A DNA stretch of 64,000 bases, taken from the IMG/VR virus record IMGVR_UViG_3300045988_137301; one strand, 5' to 3'. Source of the DNA: a virus. The notes under the pieces are model-generated. The model did no database searches. It was not told the DNA's origin and was given only the letters and a program-made list of their open reading frames with translations. Numbering within the stretch: position 1 is the stretch's first letter; each line of letters opens with the position of its first letter. This document shows positions 1 to 14,630 of this stretch, piece by piece. Made by a program: the position numbers and the translations under genes.

Positions 1-1699
1 AATGGTATTTCCATTGTTGAATCCCATTAAGCTATAGTTACCAGCGGAACCTCCCTTCAAAGAAAAACTAACAAGATTGTTTGATAGCACCTTATCCCCA
101 TTATACTCTAAAGTAATTACCTCTGTTGTGATCTTTAATTCTAAGGTATGTTCAATATTAGGATCATCTACTACCTAAGCTGTTATTTTTTTTTCTTGCT
201 AGGATTTCTAAAATAACTACGATATATCTACCCAGGCAATAGAGTCTATTATTTCCTCTGGGTCTAGTTTTACTCCAATTATCTCTCCGCTAGAAGAGTC
301 CGTAATACATTGATCATATTTTATATTTGCAACCTTAAATGTTCCAGATTGAGATCCATAGCTTATCTTGACGTTAAAGGGACCAACTCTATCAGATATT
401 ACGGAAGTGGTAGCGATAGCGTACATAACAATTCCAACCTTGATATTTTTATCGGAATTATACTACATTAGTAATGTTTTGTCTGCTTTTGTGTATATTT
501 TGTCAGAGTTATTATTTAACATTACCCCATATACCATGATACCATAGGAATAAGTTGGTGTAACTACTGACACTTCAGCCTGTACGGTTTCTCCGTTTCC
601 TTTATGTAATGTTAGAATACTACTCTCTACATCATAGTCCATAGAAGTTATATCCTATCCTTCGGCGCTGTCTATTTTTCTACATAAAAAGTCTTCAACC
701 TACATTCCAGACTTTCCATTCCATGCTTCGTCTGTGTTTTTTATTCGATTGGCATCTCCTAATTCTTCAAACTTTGCCATTTTTTAGTAAATTAAGTATT
801 TTTCCATGTATCATCTTGTAACCAAGGTCTATCTTGTATCCATGTACCACTGCCAAAACAACTTTTAATAGCATACACAGTAAGCCAAACCAGCTAAGAA
901 CCCTTGTATATAGCTCCAATATTTTTCTAAACCTTCTATTGAATTTCGTTTACTAATCCAAGAACGTCCTTTTGGACCTATAGTATTAGCTTACCATTTC
1001 TATATATCATGACTTAGCAAAATCTTCTTTAACCTTAGTTTTTATCTAACTTAGCAAAGTTAAATATTCATTATATTCTTCTACGACGCTTTCGTCTGAA
1101 CTTAACTACTAAGTATAGCTATTGTAGGAATTTATTAAATCAAACTCTTCATCTATTTTAATAAATGCTCTTATTATAGCTTTTACACAATCTTTATAAT
1201 TTGGTTGACCAGTTAGGTAAACCTGAATGAAACTGTACTAGGTTTCGATTTCCGTTCCTAATTCACTTCCCTCTTTAGACACTTCCACTTCTACCTCTTG
1301 TATGTCATAGTTATAGTAGTAGGAACCGTTTCCCAGTTTTTGAATCGTCTAAGGGTAAGTGTTTGCTTGTATTCTTCTTGGCTCTATCATACGGTGTGAC
1401 TTTAAAATTTATAGGAAATTCATATTTAAGTAACTAGTAGAACAGCCTTCTGCTGTTACTCTAAAAATAATAAGATTTATGATTGTAAATAAAATGCACT
1501 CTAAAACTCTTATTATAACTAACAATTTCGACAACGTGTATGTATTTGTTGTAGAATTTGGAAATGTTAACCCTCTACCCGTTCCAGTTAGAGAATTTTA
1601 ACCCTGTTAATTTTTCTATCTTTTGCCAAGTGGCAAGGACACTATTTATTTGAATAAATTAGTATGTGAAATGTTTATATAATAAAGCTGACATTGGAA

Positions 1700-1796
1700 T
1701 TGGCATTGCTGACTCCATTGTTAGAATTGAAATAGCTAAGCCTGGAATTGGACCCATTATTAGCGTTGCCGCCTACTAGCAGTGTTTTTTAGCCAA
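1700..1796 (-). repeat. Decayed AT-shifted copy of the Gly-rich 3' module of the tail-fiber gene, without a start codon
   Basis: Minus strand translates as KTLLVGGNANNGSNSRLSYFNSNNGVSNANSN, parallel to LRVGGSAFGSASGLGYFSSFTGVG of the adjacent tail fiber. Nucleotide alignment to 1905..1968 is recognisable. A TAA immediately precedes it. Confidence 0.45.
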
Positions 1797-1856
1797 CCAA
1801 CAGTATTATAAATAGCATCCTGTTATTAATTTAATATTTAAAATATTTATGTAAAA

Positions 1857-3929
1857 TCAATTCATTCTCGTAAGGCTTCGGAAGCCGACAGCGAAACCGG
1901 CAAGGCCGACCCCAGTGAAAGAAGAGAAATAGCCAAGCCCGGAAGCGGACCCAAAAGCGCTGCCGCCCACCCGCAGCGTCCTAAGAGCCGTAGAGGAAGC
2001 ATTACACCAATGATAGTCACACATATAAGTGGAAGCTGAGCCTCCAGTGGAAGAAGGAATAATTTCTCCAGTCTCTCTTAGGTCAAAAGATTTTATGTAT
2101 CCATCAGAAGCTATCTCAGAACCTGCAACTGTCATATCTTCTACTGTGTCTTTGAATAGGGAAGAATTTGAGGTGGTATATACTTCACTTGGCTGATTAG
2201 CAGCACTTCTCTATAATATTATTCCGTCTAGATTAGTCCAAATATCTCCAAAGGGATTATCAAAACCTCTCCATCTTGGAACCCAGAAATCATGAGTAGG
2301 TACTGTTACTGTTTCGCTTACAGTAGTTTCAGGAATAGTTAATTTCTTAACCCCAGAAAAATTACCAAACTCATTACAGTATCCACATGGAGTTATTGGA
2401 TTAGTAGAGTTATAACCACTCCAGGAGGTTTCTGTGTTCTACCAATCAGTAACTCCTGGTCCCATTCCTCCCTAATGATATCCATCAGATGTTAGCTCTG
2501 AGTTATAGGTATCCTGACAATTAAATGACGCATATTCTATTACATAATTCCAATAGAATATCCATTTATAGAATTCATAACACATTAACTCAGACCCAGC
2601 TGCCTAGGCATATCCTCTCATTACTGATCTTGAAAGATTTGTTCTTGGTTTTCCTAAATCAGTTCTGAATTTATCAGATTCAAGATAACTATCATAACTA
2701 TCCCTATTAGAACCTCCCCTAAACTAAGTTGTTGTGTTTACAACAGAAACAGCCTTCGGAGTTAAGGTAGTGTCTACAGTACATCTATATGCGTCTACCA
2801 ACATTTCTGGTATTTCTATCCAGGTGCTATCAATTCTTACTGTAGATATTCGTACCCATCTTATATCCCCATTCTATCCTGATTTTCCGTAGAATTTAGG
2901 AATGTGAACTCTAACTGTACCATCTGTTCCATCCAGTATCGAGTCTTCTCCATTTACTTTTTTGGACCAATCATTAGGATCTAAGTAGTAGTTTATAACA
3001 GAGCCATTAGCTACACATCCTTTGTATGCAGACTAGATCGGGAGAGATTTATGTAATAGTGGGTTACCTATCCTAGTAAGTTTCGGATCAGATACATTTA
3101 TATCCCACTGCACTCCGTAGGAATAAAGATCTTCATTACTACTTATCTCATTTATAGACTCCTGCATTGATTGCTATTTCTACTATATCAAGTTAAACTA
3201 TGCCTCTAATTTTGTACTGGTATCTGACCACTGAGCGGTCCCATCAGACTAAAAAACTAACATCTAACCTTCCTGACCTCCAGAGGGGATATGTTTGTTT
3301 CCAGAGGTAGAAGGATGAACGTAATTATTAGCATTGTTTTCTATCCCCTACAACTTCCGTTTTTCCTCGGAAGTATAATCATTTGTGGATAAACCTTTTC
3401 CCTCCTCTGATGTTACTTTAGACTAAAGCTCTGTATTTAATTCTTCTTCAGTAACCAAACTGTCAAGAATTCCTTGCAAGCCAGCAACGTCAGCAACGAC
3501 ATGGTTGTGAGCCTTGTCTGCCTTGGTTGCCAGTCCGTCAGTTACTTCAGTCTTAGTAGCTTTCTCATCCAGAGCGGTCTGCAATCCGGTGATGTCAGTA
3601 ATAGCGTGATCATGAACTTTGTCTGCTTTACTATCTAACTGTGTCTACAGATTTGTTATATCGGAAATTGAATGACTATGACCTATGTCTGATTTTTCCT
3701 CAAGAGAATCTAAGACTTCTCCTATATTTGTATCGTGAAGTTGTAATTCCTGAGCGAGTTCTTCTAGAGTATCTAAAGATTCCGGTGCAGCTCCAACAAG
3801 CTACTTAATTTTGTTATCAACTTCCTATTTACTAGCATAGGTCTCTGTAATTCTGTTTCCATTACTGTCATAGGTAGCTTTTATATCAAAGATCTGCCCT
3901 TTTACCTTAATATTTTTTATAGCTGACAT
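1857..3929 (-). CDS. Tail fiber protein (~690 aa) with multiple in-frame TAG codons (read as Gln)
   Basis: ATG at 3929, TGA at 1857-1859, start and stop in the same frame. N-term verified nucleotide-by-nucleotide: MSAIKNIKVKGQIFDIKATYDSNGNRITETYASK(Q)EVDNKIK(Q)LVGAAPESLDTLEELAQEL. Rougher translation further in shows HxH / DITGLQ repeats and 'EEKRKL(Q)GIENNANNYVHPS...GG(Q)EG(Q)MLVF(Q)SDG', a classic tail-fiber motif that is only canonical with TAG=Gln. C-terminal 92 aa matches the listed ORF. Confidence 0.65.
1905..1968 (-). repeat. 64-nt GC-rich segment identical (reverse complement) to 29242..29305
   Basis: Direct comparison: 64/64 identity. Encodes GGSAFGSASGLGYFSSFTGVG at the tail-fiber C-terminus. 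Local GC is far above the window background. Confidence 0.8.
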
Positions 3930-3930
3930 A

Positions 3931-4119
3931 TTATTCAATAATTAGTACCTCGTCACTCACAGTATGTTCATCTATTTTCTCTTCTAATTCTAATTGAAGA
4001 TCTTCTTTAGTGACATAATCTTCTAAAATTGAAGGGTCTACTCCCCCATAAAAGTTTCCAGTCATTTTTACTGGCTAAGTAGCTTTTTTAAACTATCCTT
4101 CTAGATAAATTATTCCCAT
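3931..4119 (-). CDS. Small hypothetical protein (62 aa) with 2 in-frame TAG
   Basis: ATG at 4119, TAA at 3931-3933, traced codon by codon: MGIIYLEG(Q)FKKAT(Q)PVKMTGNFYGGVDPSILEDYVTKEDLQLELEEKIDEHTVSDEVLIIE. Lies directly upstream of the tail fiber. Confidence 0.35.
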
Positions 4120-7100
4120 ATTAACTGCCTATATCAGTATTTACTTTTTCTTCTAAAGCTTCTAATCTCTGCAAGATAGGAGACAGTAAAGAATCTACTT
4201 CGCTTTTAGAGTAATAGTTGTTACTCACCCAAATCTAGCTCTAGGTTTTTGTATTATAATTCTGGTCTAAATATTGCTTGGTAACATAGACAAGATCCTC
4301 ATCTTCCATATCATATATGTAGTAATAAGTATCTTCCTGCAACTCTTCATTCTCCTTTAAATCTTCATACTCCTAATTTGAAAGAGTGACTAATTTTGGA
4401 ACATATGATTCTGTAGCAAGTCTATCATCTTCAATATATAGTCCGTCAGCTTTTAGTTCTACAACCAACTGACTCTCTCCAGCTTTTGGGGATTTTACGT
4501 ACTATACTGTTATACTCTCTAATTGCCCGTCTCCATCCGTTTTTAAGGTTTTATCTAAGTCCTCTTTTATTTGTTCCTAATCCCTATCATACTAGTTTTT
4601 AGTAACAAACACAAAATCATCCCCTTCCATTCCTTCACCTCTCAGACTTTCTTTTGTTACAAAGATTTCGTCTGTCTCTTTTTTAGTGTAATACTACCCT
4701 AAGGTAGTTGATAGAAAGGATTCGGGATCTTCTAGATCAAGATCTGTTATAGGAACATACTTTTCCTAAAGTTCCGATATTGTAGCATAATCGGATAGAC
4801 TCTCAGAAACCTTATCTAACTCCTCAGATAAACTATTTACGGAATCTTGTGAAGCTTTTTTGTTTAATTGATCTTCAATATTTTTCCCCCAACTGGCTGA
4901 TAAATAAAACTAATCTTGATTCTCTATACTATCTTCATAAATATAGTAGTATGAATCAGCGTGCAAGTAGGGTTTCTCCTAATCTATAGGCTTAAAGTCG
5001 TCTGTGGTATTAGCTCTTAGCTCCAAATATTCTTGTTCTGTGCAAGTTATTATTTGAATAGATTCATAAGAAGCCTTCCACCCTTCTTTAGTGTTTATCT
5101 AAGACTTATCAACAAGCATATAAATATTTCCGTCCCCCACATTAGAAACGGTCATACCCTGATAAGCTACATTCTTAGGAATAGAATATAATTCAGATAC
5201 TGAGTCAACTACAGTTCTATTATCCAAGGGTTTAGGAGCTTCTACAGTAAGAGAAACTCCCAAAACTGAGTCTCCTGTATATTTAAATGCCATTATTCTA
5301 CCAAGGTAAATTTAATTTGATGAGGTAGTACAGCAGAATAAGAGTCCTTCTTAGTCCAAACCTTATAGGTAAACTACTACATCTACTCAGTAGAAGTTTC
5401 CCAGCCGTTTAAATCTACGTCTAAATACCCCAATCCTCCGTTCACTTTAAATAATTCCAACTTTGAATTAGTTCCAGGAAGTTTTATAACAGCCCTTCCA
5501 TTTAAGGATAACTCTATAACTTCTGAAGATTTTCCAAATGGAATAAGTATCTGTTTAGAAGTACCTTCAGTATTTCCAGCGAACCACGGATATGTTGCCG
5601 TAATAATAGCTGACGTCTATATAGATCCTGCCTCTACTCTCTTATCTGTTACCTCTCCCTTATTATTTGTCAAGTATTCTCCTGAATCATAAGTGACAGT
5701 AGCAGAATAAACATACTCTCCTACAGAAGTATACTGTTCCAGATTCTAAATTTCCTGTTGTTTGTAAGTGACTTTCTCCTCTCTAGAAGTTTCCTCTCCT
5801 GCATCGTTTTTTATGAAATTGAGGATTGGTTTTAAATCATTACTTCCTACTTCAACTAACTGAGAGGATGGAGTATAATACAACTCTGGGTATATAAGAT
5901 CTCTAACATATGTTGGGAAAATTAGAGTATCTATTATTTCACTGAAAGGTTTTCCTTTTAATTTTTCTACTGTAGTTCCCTCTATAATAGTGGAAGTAGT
6001 TTCATCAGGGAGATTAGTTTCATAGGTTATGGATTGTTTTAGATTCTCTATATCCTAGGAGTTATTAGATATATTTTTCTAAATATTTTCTATGCTGGTA
6101 TCTATCTCTGTAATTTTGCTTTCATAATCCTTGACATAAAGTCCAGGCAAGGTTATCTCTGTAGGTTCTCCCTCCTCTCCTGGGTCCAGGATTTGTTTGA
6201 CTAAGTGAATAGCATTATCTTCTTTATCAGAGATAATTACTTCCAGAGAATCTTCTATTTTTATAGTTTTAGAATTTTCTAAATTTCTTGTTATCCAATT
6301 CTAAATGTTCTTATCAACATCAATATTTTCTATTGCTTCGTTGATATCAACTATCTACTCATTAATACTCTAAATACTAGTATTAATAAGTCCGATGCTT
6401 TCAGAATTTTCGTTGATTCTCTACTATAATTCAGATTCAGTTTCTTCTATAGACTACTTTACTTCTGCTATCTGCTAACTTAGCTATTCTATCTCTTCTG
6501 TATTATCCTCATATTTACTAATATAGTACAAAGCATAGTCCAGAGCATCTTTTACTGTATTTATATCTTCAGAAACGTCACTGCTATACTACCACTTTTG
6601 TTCTATATATCTGACTAAGTCTTTTTGTTCCTCTATAGTTCCGTCTATATTTCCCCATAGAAGACTTTGTTCATCAGCTATTCCTAGGTTTTTTCGTACC
6701 TTAGCCCTTTCTAACTCTGTTCTATACTCTCCTAGGTAATTATTTCTTAATAGAGGAATAGGATCACTTTTTATTGGTTTTCTCTTCCCGCAGGGGACGA
6801 TGTCTGCATTACTTACAGAAGTGTAAATAGGTTGTATCATCCTTATTAAGTAATTGCTATTTAACAAACTCGTAGTTATCTATCTTAGCAGGAAGACTTA
6901 TAAAACAGATTAAATTAAGTATATTTTGGTAATCTGGTTTATATCCTTTTTTTACTTTTCGTAAAAATTCCTAATATTCTTTAATGGCTTTTCTTTTAAG
7001 AGCATCCACAGCTTATATTTTTATGTTTATTATCAAGATTACTGCAAAATCCTCCACATGTTCTAAACATTGATAATAATCTTTCGGCCTCCATGAATTG

Positions 7101-10100
7101 TTTAAAGCCTATTAAATAATCTATAATATTGAGGGTCATCCAAATAAAATCCCTAGCAAATACGTCTTCATCATGCTGACTCGTTAGACATTTATTTAAG
7201 AGTCCATCAAATAATCTCTTACAATAATTGATATAACACTATTGTAGATTTCCCGTAAAAAATATATCAACCTTACACTTTTTAATGGTAGTTCCCTCTA
7301 TATTTCTCTCTAGTATTTCTCTAACTGTACATTCTTCCAATTTTCCTTCTACTTCTTTGTAGAGTTTTTCTCCGTCTGTTATATATATAGTATCATAATA
7401 CTCCTTGTATTCGTCTGAAGAATTCTCATACCATTTCATATTAGGAAGAATTATGTGATCTACTACATAATAGCCGTCTTCTTTAACTCTAAAAGTACAA
7501 GAATCTAAATCCTCTGTATGATCATTAAGTAATACGTCGATTAATGTAGCATCTCCTATACTTACTTTTATTATGGTGTTTAATGTAGCGCTCTCACTAT
7601 ACTTATAAGAATCGTAAGAAGTTACAACTTCTATATCTTCATCAATGTACTATCCATATTCTTTAGAAAAATCTTCTATAGTTATCTCACCATTAATTTG
7701 TGTATGAACATCAATACTAAATTCCATAATATTAAGATTCAGATTCAGTTCCAGGCCATTGTCCGTACTAAGCTGGAGTTGAAAAAGCTCCTAGTTTACC
7801 CTCTTGTCTAACCCTACTAGACATGAAAACTCTAGGGTAAGAGGGGCTAATGTCCCTAGGGTAAATACTCCATTCATAGTCTCCAGTTCCAGGAGGAAGA
7901 TTACTTAGTTTACTAGCAGGCGAACCATCACTATAAAAGTTGTAGTCATAGGCTTTAGTGGAAGTCACCTCAGTCGTCTCCTGACCATGTTCATCTATAT
8001 AAAGAGGATTTCCCTCTTCATCTTGTTTTTGTTTATATTCTATTATTGGTTTGACACCTTTTGTTCTAGCATATATAGTCTAAATTACCATAGCAGAATC
8101 ACTCGCTGCTATCTCATAGAATTCCTTTTTAACACTCCCACCTGCTGAGCTAAATGTGGTTTTTTTCCATGTGTACGGATATTCTTCACTGGGGACTTCA
8201 AAGGTGTCTCCCCAACCGTCTTGCTACTATTTTACTTTCTCCACGTCACTGGTATCTAGTCTTATATAACTTATAGAAATATCTACGCCTCCAACAGCTT
8301 CTGAAGAGTTAGTAAGATCATCTATTTGTTCTAGTATAAATTTTATATCCTCCTCTACAGTAGAATTAGTAACATTTTGTCTGGCTTCGCTCTTTACGAA
8401 TTGAGCATAAGTAGTAGGATATATTTTGTTTTTGTCCTTATCGTATAACTGTGTATCTGTCATAATTCCCTAATTTTATCATTATACGGATTACCGTCTC
8501 TTAACTAGGCTATTTCAATCTCAGTTCTTTTTTCTTCGATGTCTAACTATCTATCTTTGTAAGTTCGTTCAGTCATGGCTTTATACCAATTTACCTAATA
8601 TTCTAGTTGTATCTTCTACTATTCTAACTAAAGTCGAGATTCATCCAATTGCTATATCTTTTGCTGAGCTTTCTACAGTTCAGAAGATAGTTCTTGAGCC
8701 TATTGAGAGGTTTCTTCTAATTTTTCCTAGAGCTGCCTTAGCTAATTATTTTCATCTTTTTGAACTTGTATAGCTTTTTTAACCTTATATTTTAAGTCTG
8801 TTAAGCTCTTAGATGTTAATGCCTCAAAAATAATATCAGGATCTATACGCTAACTTTTTACAAACTCTGGAATCATCTATTTTATGGTCTATAAATCCTC
8901 CATAATCTCTGTACTAGAGATAACATGAACATCATAATCTGTAAGAGTAAAATGCTCAGGAAGAGCTGTAAATACTTGCTAGTATTTATCTCCCAGAATT
9001 ATAGTTCCCTATAATCCGTTCTTGTAAACTATTTTTGCCTAATTTAGGCTGTCTAGAAGTATTTCACAAGTTATAAGATCCATTTGCTAAAAATAAGGTT
9101 TTGTGATGGTGAACGAATTAGCAACTCCTTGTTTGATATTTGTTACCGCATCTCTCTATTCTATACCATTCAATCTTTCCCTAAAGACTCCAGTTATGGA
9201 TGAAGTAGTCTGTTCTACTGATTGTATAGCTAATTCTATTGCTTGGACAGCCTACGCTTTTAGAGTATCATCAAATCCGTTATATATTTGATTTGGGGGC
9301 TAAGCTCCATCATTATTTCCTTCCTAGGAAGAATCTATCCACATTATTCCTCCTTTTTTATAAGCAAGCCACTTCTATACTCTTTCTGGCCATTTAACTC
9401 CTAGATTTGTAGGAAGTAGATTCATGTCCATAATAACTCCAGAAGTTCCACTATTAGCTATAAGATTGTCTCTATAATAATTCAATAAATCATATCGATC
9501 CTGCAAATGTGCACACTTTAAAATTAAAGAATATGGTTGTTGAGACCTGTTTAAGAAATAGACTCCGTTTATAGAAAGTCCACAAAAGTTTGGATTACTT
9601 TTAGATCTTATTACACTTTTATCCAAACCTCTCAGAACATATATATTTTCTCCAATTCTAATAGTTGTATATCTTTGCATTACAAAATCATTGTCAGTCT
9701 CAATCCATTCTACTTCGTATACTGGTATTAACTGAAACCTATGAGTGTTGTATTCGTTATCTGGATAACCTGGGACAGAACTTTCATTCAAATCATCATT
9801 TACTGCGATACAATTATCTGCAAAAACCCTCTTATAAGTAGCTGCACCATCCCCATCATACCATCTGTCCTTTAGCTCTATTAAATCCTTTTTTGTTAAT
9901 TCCTTTCCATATTTGGCTAGTATCTAACTTTTTGTTAACCACCTTCTAACCACAGCTCTATAGGAATCTCTAACGTATGGAGATTCTGGATTTCTGTCTA
10001 TAAAGGTATTTAGCGGATTTAAGACTTCTATTTGAATATTCTTCTTGCTAGCAGATTGCTTTACTTTAAAGAAAGTGTAACCTGATATAAGGAGGTCAGT

Positions 10101-10819
10101 TAGTAACTATCGAAGTTTAGTCAGTAAATCAGTTTCTCTTGACTGCATTATATAATGAACAACATTCTAAGCAGCTATCTCATACTAAGAAATGAAGGAC
10201 TAATCAATATCCTAAATTATTTTGTCTAGCTAAGTCTTTACAGCTTTATCAGTAATATCTTTTCCATCTATGAACTACAAAATCGAGTTTGTAAGATGGT
10301 CCTTTAGAAACTTTACAATTCCTTCTGTAATTTTTAACTATTTCTCTCTTGTTATATTTGTGATAGTATCAGAGTCCTTGCAAGATATTTTAGGGAGTAT
10401 AGGAGTTCCTAGATATTCTCCCACCAGAGCATCAACATGTTTTTTCAATAGTGGAGTAAATTCTACAGATGTAGGAGAACCTATCCCAAAATTCTCTTCT
10501 AAATATCTAAACTATTCTGGGTCTCTTTTTCCATTGTAGTAATTATAAGCTTTCTACAATTCATACTTGTTATAAACAAGCTCCGCAATAGCCTCGTTTG
10601 TCTTGTCTATTAACTCTTTCTCTTTCATAACATAAATTATGTTGTTCTGGAGGAAGTTTAGTAGCGTTATAATATTTAACTCTCTATAGCTTCCTATTTC
10701 TTAATTCTTCCTTTATAAAGGGAAGAAATTCCTCATCTGGTAAGTCTGCTATTATTACTAGAGGCATTTCTGATCTGTCAAAATTAAAAGACACCTTATA
10801 TCCAACTGGATATAAATCC

Positions 10820-13186
10820 TCAATTTCTAATCCCCCTATATACTCCATCTTGTATAAGTCTTTCATATACCCGAGTATCACTTGTTTCAATTCTGTATGG
10901 GTCATTGTATTCTTCTCTCTATATATCAAATTCGGGAGGTTTTCTATCTGGAATAATTCCAAATCTTTTTATTCCTTTCTCATCATAATAGTAACCAAAA
11001 TCTCTAAACTATTCAACCTCTTTTCTTACAAATGATGGCTATCTTCCGGAAAGTTCCTAATCAGCTAGTTCAGTCATACCCATAGCTGCAATTATATCGA
11101 ATTTTCCTTTGTTCTCATCATTATATCCAGTTAGCTATTCTAACATCTCTTCAAACCATATAGTATGGCAATAATCTTCTACAAAAGCAGCCGTTAAGTT
11201 AGTATGCTATTCTATAACAGTTTTGGTAGCAGGAGTTCCATATTGTTTAGTGCTTCCATATTTTATATCCGTTAGGGTAGCCTTTGGTCTTTTCATGAAA
11301 TATCCTAAATATCCCTTTTCTTTTGCCCAGGTAACCATACTCATTCTAGTAGCTTCTATATTTATCTTACAATTATAATATCTAGCTAGGCACATAGCTA
11401 TCTTATATGCCTCTCTAATATCTCCTGGCCTATCCTTATATAGAGCTACATACTAAGGCTCATTAGTTCCAAATAACCTTTTCTTTATAGTTATACAAAA
11501 GTCAGAAGGGTTTCTAGTTTCCTTAGAAGTCTAGTTAGCACCAATATCTATTCCATCTATCCCTGCTACGTACAAATCATTCATTTCCTTGTAGACGGGC
11601 ATCTCGAACTCCTCTCCTCTTTCTTCTGCTTCCTGCCTTAGTTTCTCTACTTGCTCCTTGTATAAGTCCGACCATACAGGGTGCTCTAGAATTTTTACTT
11701 TCCCCTTATTATTTGGAATCCACTTAAATCCATCAATATTATCCTAAGTATGTTTATTGTTTTTATAGAAATAGTCTATATATCCAACCTCTATTCGTGG
11801 ACCTATTTTCTTCAACCTGATGTTAGCTAACTAATCTGCAATAAGTATTTTATTAAACTTATTTATTCCCTCTAAGTTGAAAGCCTCTTCAGCATTCCAG
11901 CAACGTTCTGCACATTTTTTTAGGTAGTCCTCTGGTACAGCTAATAGATTATCCCGCTCCTCCTATAAGAATTTTTTATACTCCACAGTATTACATACTC
12001 CTCTGTGGTCCATGAATTCTGGATTCAAAGATTGTATAAAGTATGGAATAAAGAATCCACTCTCTATAGTAGTTCCGTCCTGAGTCCAATTATGTCTAAA
12101 TGGGAGAACCTTATAAGCTCTAGGATTATAATAGATTTTTTTTAAACCTTCCAAGGGAGCGCCCATATCTCCACCAGTTCCTCCAAATAACATGGTCCCA
12201 CGAGGCATACCCTACACCTCACAAAGTTCTTGACCTTGTACTACAGCAGTGTCAAGTCCTGGCCAAGATCCTGCCTCATCATATATTAACAAATCAACAC
12301 GATCTCCTCTAATATTAGATGGCTTGGAACCATTTTTTCCAACTACCTCTGATTTGAATCCTATGTCTTCAAACTAACCATTTACTTTTATCTATTTTCC
12401 AGATTTTTTTCTCAAATCCTAGTCAATTAGGCGTAGTTTGAAAAATCCTCCGCCTGTACAGGTATTTAAAAACGTCAAAGCATTGTCAAATTTACTGAAC
12501 GTTCCCTTAAGGAACATATCATTAAAGCAGGTAATCATGACTCTACTTCTTCTAATAACAGAATACATACGAGCGGAAAGAGAGGCGTTTATTTCAGAGA
12601 AACCTATTGAACGAGCTTTCATTAAGGCCGCATGCTTATGTAGCACCCTAGCCATCTATAGATAATGAAAGAACATATAATGTGATGCAAAGAATATTGG
12701 GAAGTCATTATCAGTACCCTCACCAGAGGCTTTCTACTAGTCAATAGTAGGTAATTGATAGAAGTTTAAGAAGAAGTAATTATCTCCAGTAATGGTATAT
12801 CCATTAACTGTCATTCCATACTTACATCTTCTATATTGTTCCTTCCAGAACTCATTATATCTCTTACTATCTCTAAGGTAGGGACAATACTAACCAGTTC
12901 GCCTATATATTTCTCTGGTTTCTGTAAACCAATCTGGATCAAAATCAAGACCATGTGTTTCGTCAATAGGTCTATATCCTGTTATTTCGTAAGATAAGGT
13001 AGGATCAAATACTTCTATTTTTTCTCCCTTTTTAACATCCCAGTAATCTGCATTCTTGTCTCTCTCTTCTCTTATTTTCTAGACAAGCTGCCTCGCTTCC
13101 TAGGCGTCCTCTTTGTATTCTTTTTCCTTTACCTAATCTATTATACTCTATATTTCTTCAGGCAATATTTTCTTCTTCCTTGGCAT
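10820..13186 (-). CDS. terL: Large terminase subunit-like protein (~788 aa) with many in-frame TAG
   Basis: Frame traced from ATG ~13186 to TGA at 10820-10822. Contains a Walker-B-like RVDLLIYDEAGSW and a nuclease-domain-like DLYVAGIDGIDIGANQTS. Embeds listed ORFs 12419..12655, 11963..12208 and 11207..11395 in one frame, joined through TAG codons. Confidence 0.5.
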
Positions 13187-13188
13187 AA

Positions 13189-13749
13189 TCAAAAGTCTCC
13201 TGGGTCATAACCATCAACTGCTCCTGCTCTTACAGTTGACTGTTCTGTAAGTTCTTTCTTAACCTAATCTTCTAGAGTTACCAATTCCTCATGAACCTTA
13301 TGTAAGGTGGCCATTTCTTTCATTACCTTTTCTGCCTAGAATATTGGTTTTCCGTTATTATCCCGTTCATTCAGATCCACAATAGTATCAAAATAGTCAA
13401 TAAACTAGTCCGCAGCTCTCTTTGCGGCTTCAAGCAACTTGATTGATTTGTTGGAATCTTGCAATGCTCTATATTTTCTGCAAGCTTCTCTAAATATAGG
13501 ATCATTAAATTCTGACTCAGTTAGTCCAGAGTCACTAATTGCTTCGTCATGTCTCTCATGTTCTGAATATTGACTATACGGACTTTTCCAATCAATAGCT
13601 AGATAGATATATGTTAGTTCTCTAGTAGCCCTATCTTTTTCGATAGATTTATCTCTCTATATTAAGGCTTTAAATTCCTTTACTAACAAAAGCTCAGGTT
13701 CATTTATTTCTAGCTACTTATTTAAGGTATTGTAATTAAACACATTCAT
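13189..13749 (-). CDS. Hypothetical protein (~186 aa), candidate small terminase, with in-frame TAG
   Basis: ATG at 13749, TGA at 13189-13191, 2 nt upstream of the terL ATG. MNVFNYNTLNK(Q)LEINEPELLLVKEF... Confidence 0.35.
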
Positions 13750-14630
13750 ATAACATTGGCATAAATCGTTGATTTGTATTATTTTCTTCTAACCTTAGAG
13801 CCACATTTCATTTTAGCTCCACATTTTCCTTTTCTTTTCATAACTATTAAGGTTTTCTGGGATCGTGTCCACTTTTCTTACTATTAAAATAATCTTTCTC
13901 GCTCGCTCTATTTTTCTCCTCTTGAGTAGCTTCCTTTGGATTAAATCTAGGATATTTGGTTCTTCCATTTAGGTCCTTAATACCTTTCTTGGTATGAATA
14001 GTATCATTAGGATTAATGGATTTTCTTTCCTATTTGAACTTCTGCACTGCATTTAATTTCTTCTATGTTTTTCCTCCCTTTTCCATCTATTTCTTTTGGC
14101 AGGATTTACATAGCTTTCCCCCTACTTTAAAGTAAGTCATTTCATAGCCATCGGGACATACTCCTTTTAATTTTTTATAATATTGTAGCTTTGCTCCTAA
14201 TCGAGCCATTACTCCTCCCTACATTTTCTGTATAAATTCTTGATATTTGGCTTTTAGTCCTTCTTCTCCTAGTTGTTCGGCGTAGGACTGTAAATCCTAT
14301 TCTGATTGTAGCTAAATTCCCTAGGCGGCCGCATCTTGAATTAAATAGGCCATAAATGCTTTTTGTAATTCTTCCTGATTTTCCATTGTTCCTTTAATTT
14401 CTATTTATTATTTTATCTAACTATCCTTTATTAGGATAAGGTCTTTGGTATTGAATATCGCTTCCTGAAGTAATCCGCTATCGGTAAACCATCTACACCT
14501 TAACCCTTTTAATCCCTGGTTATCTTTAAATAATGCTGCCTCTTTTCTTAGTACAAGCATTACTGGAGAGTGCATTAACTCGTGCTATCTTAGAGTAACG
14601 CAATCCCCAGGCTTAAAATAAATTTTCTCA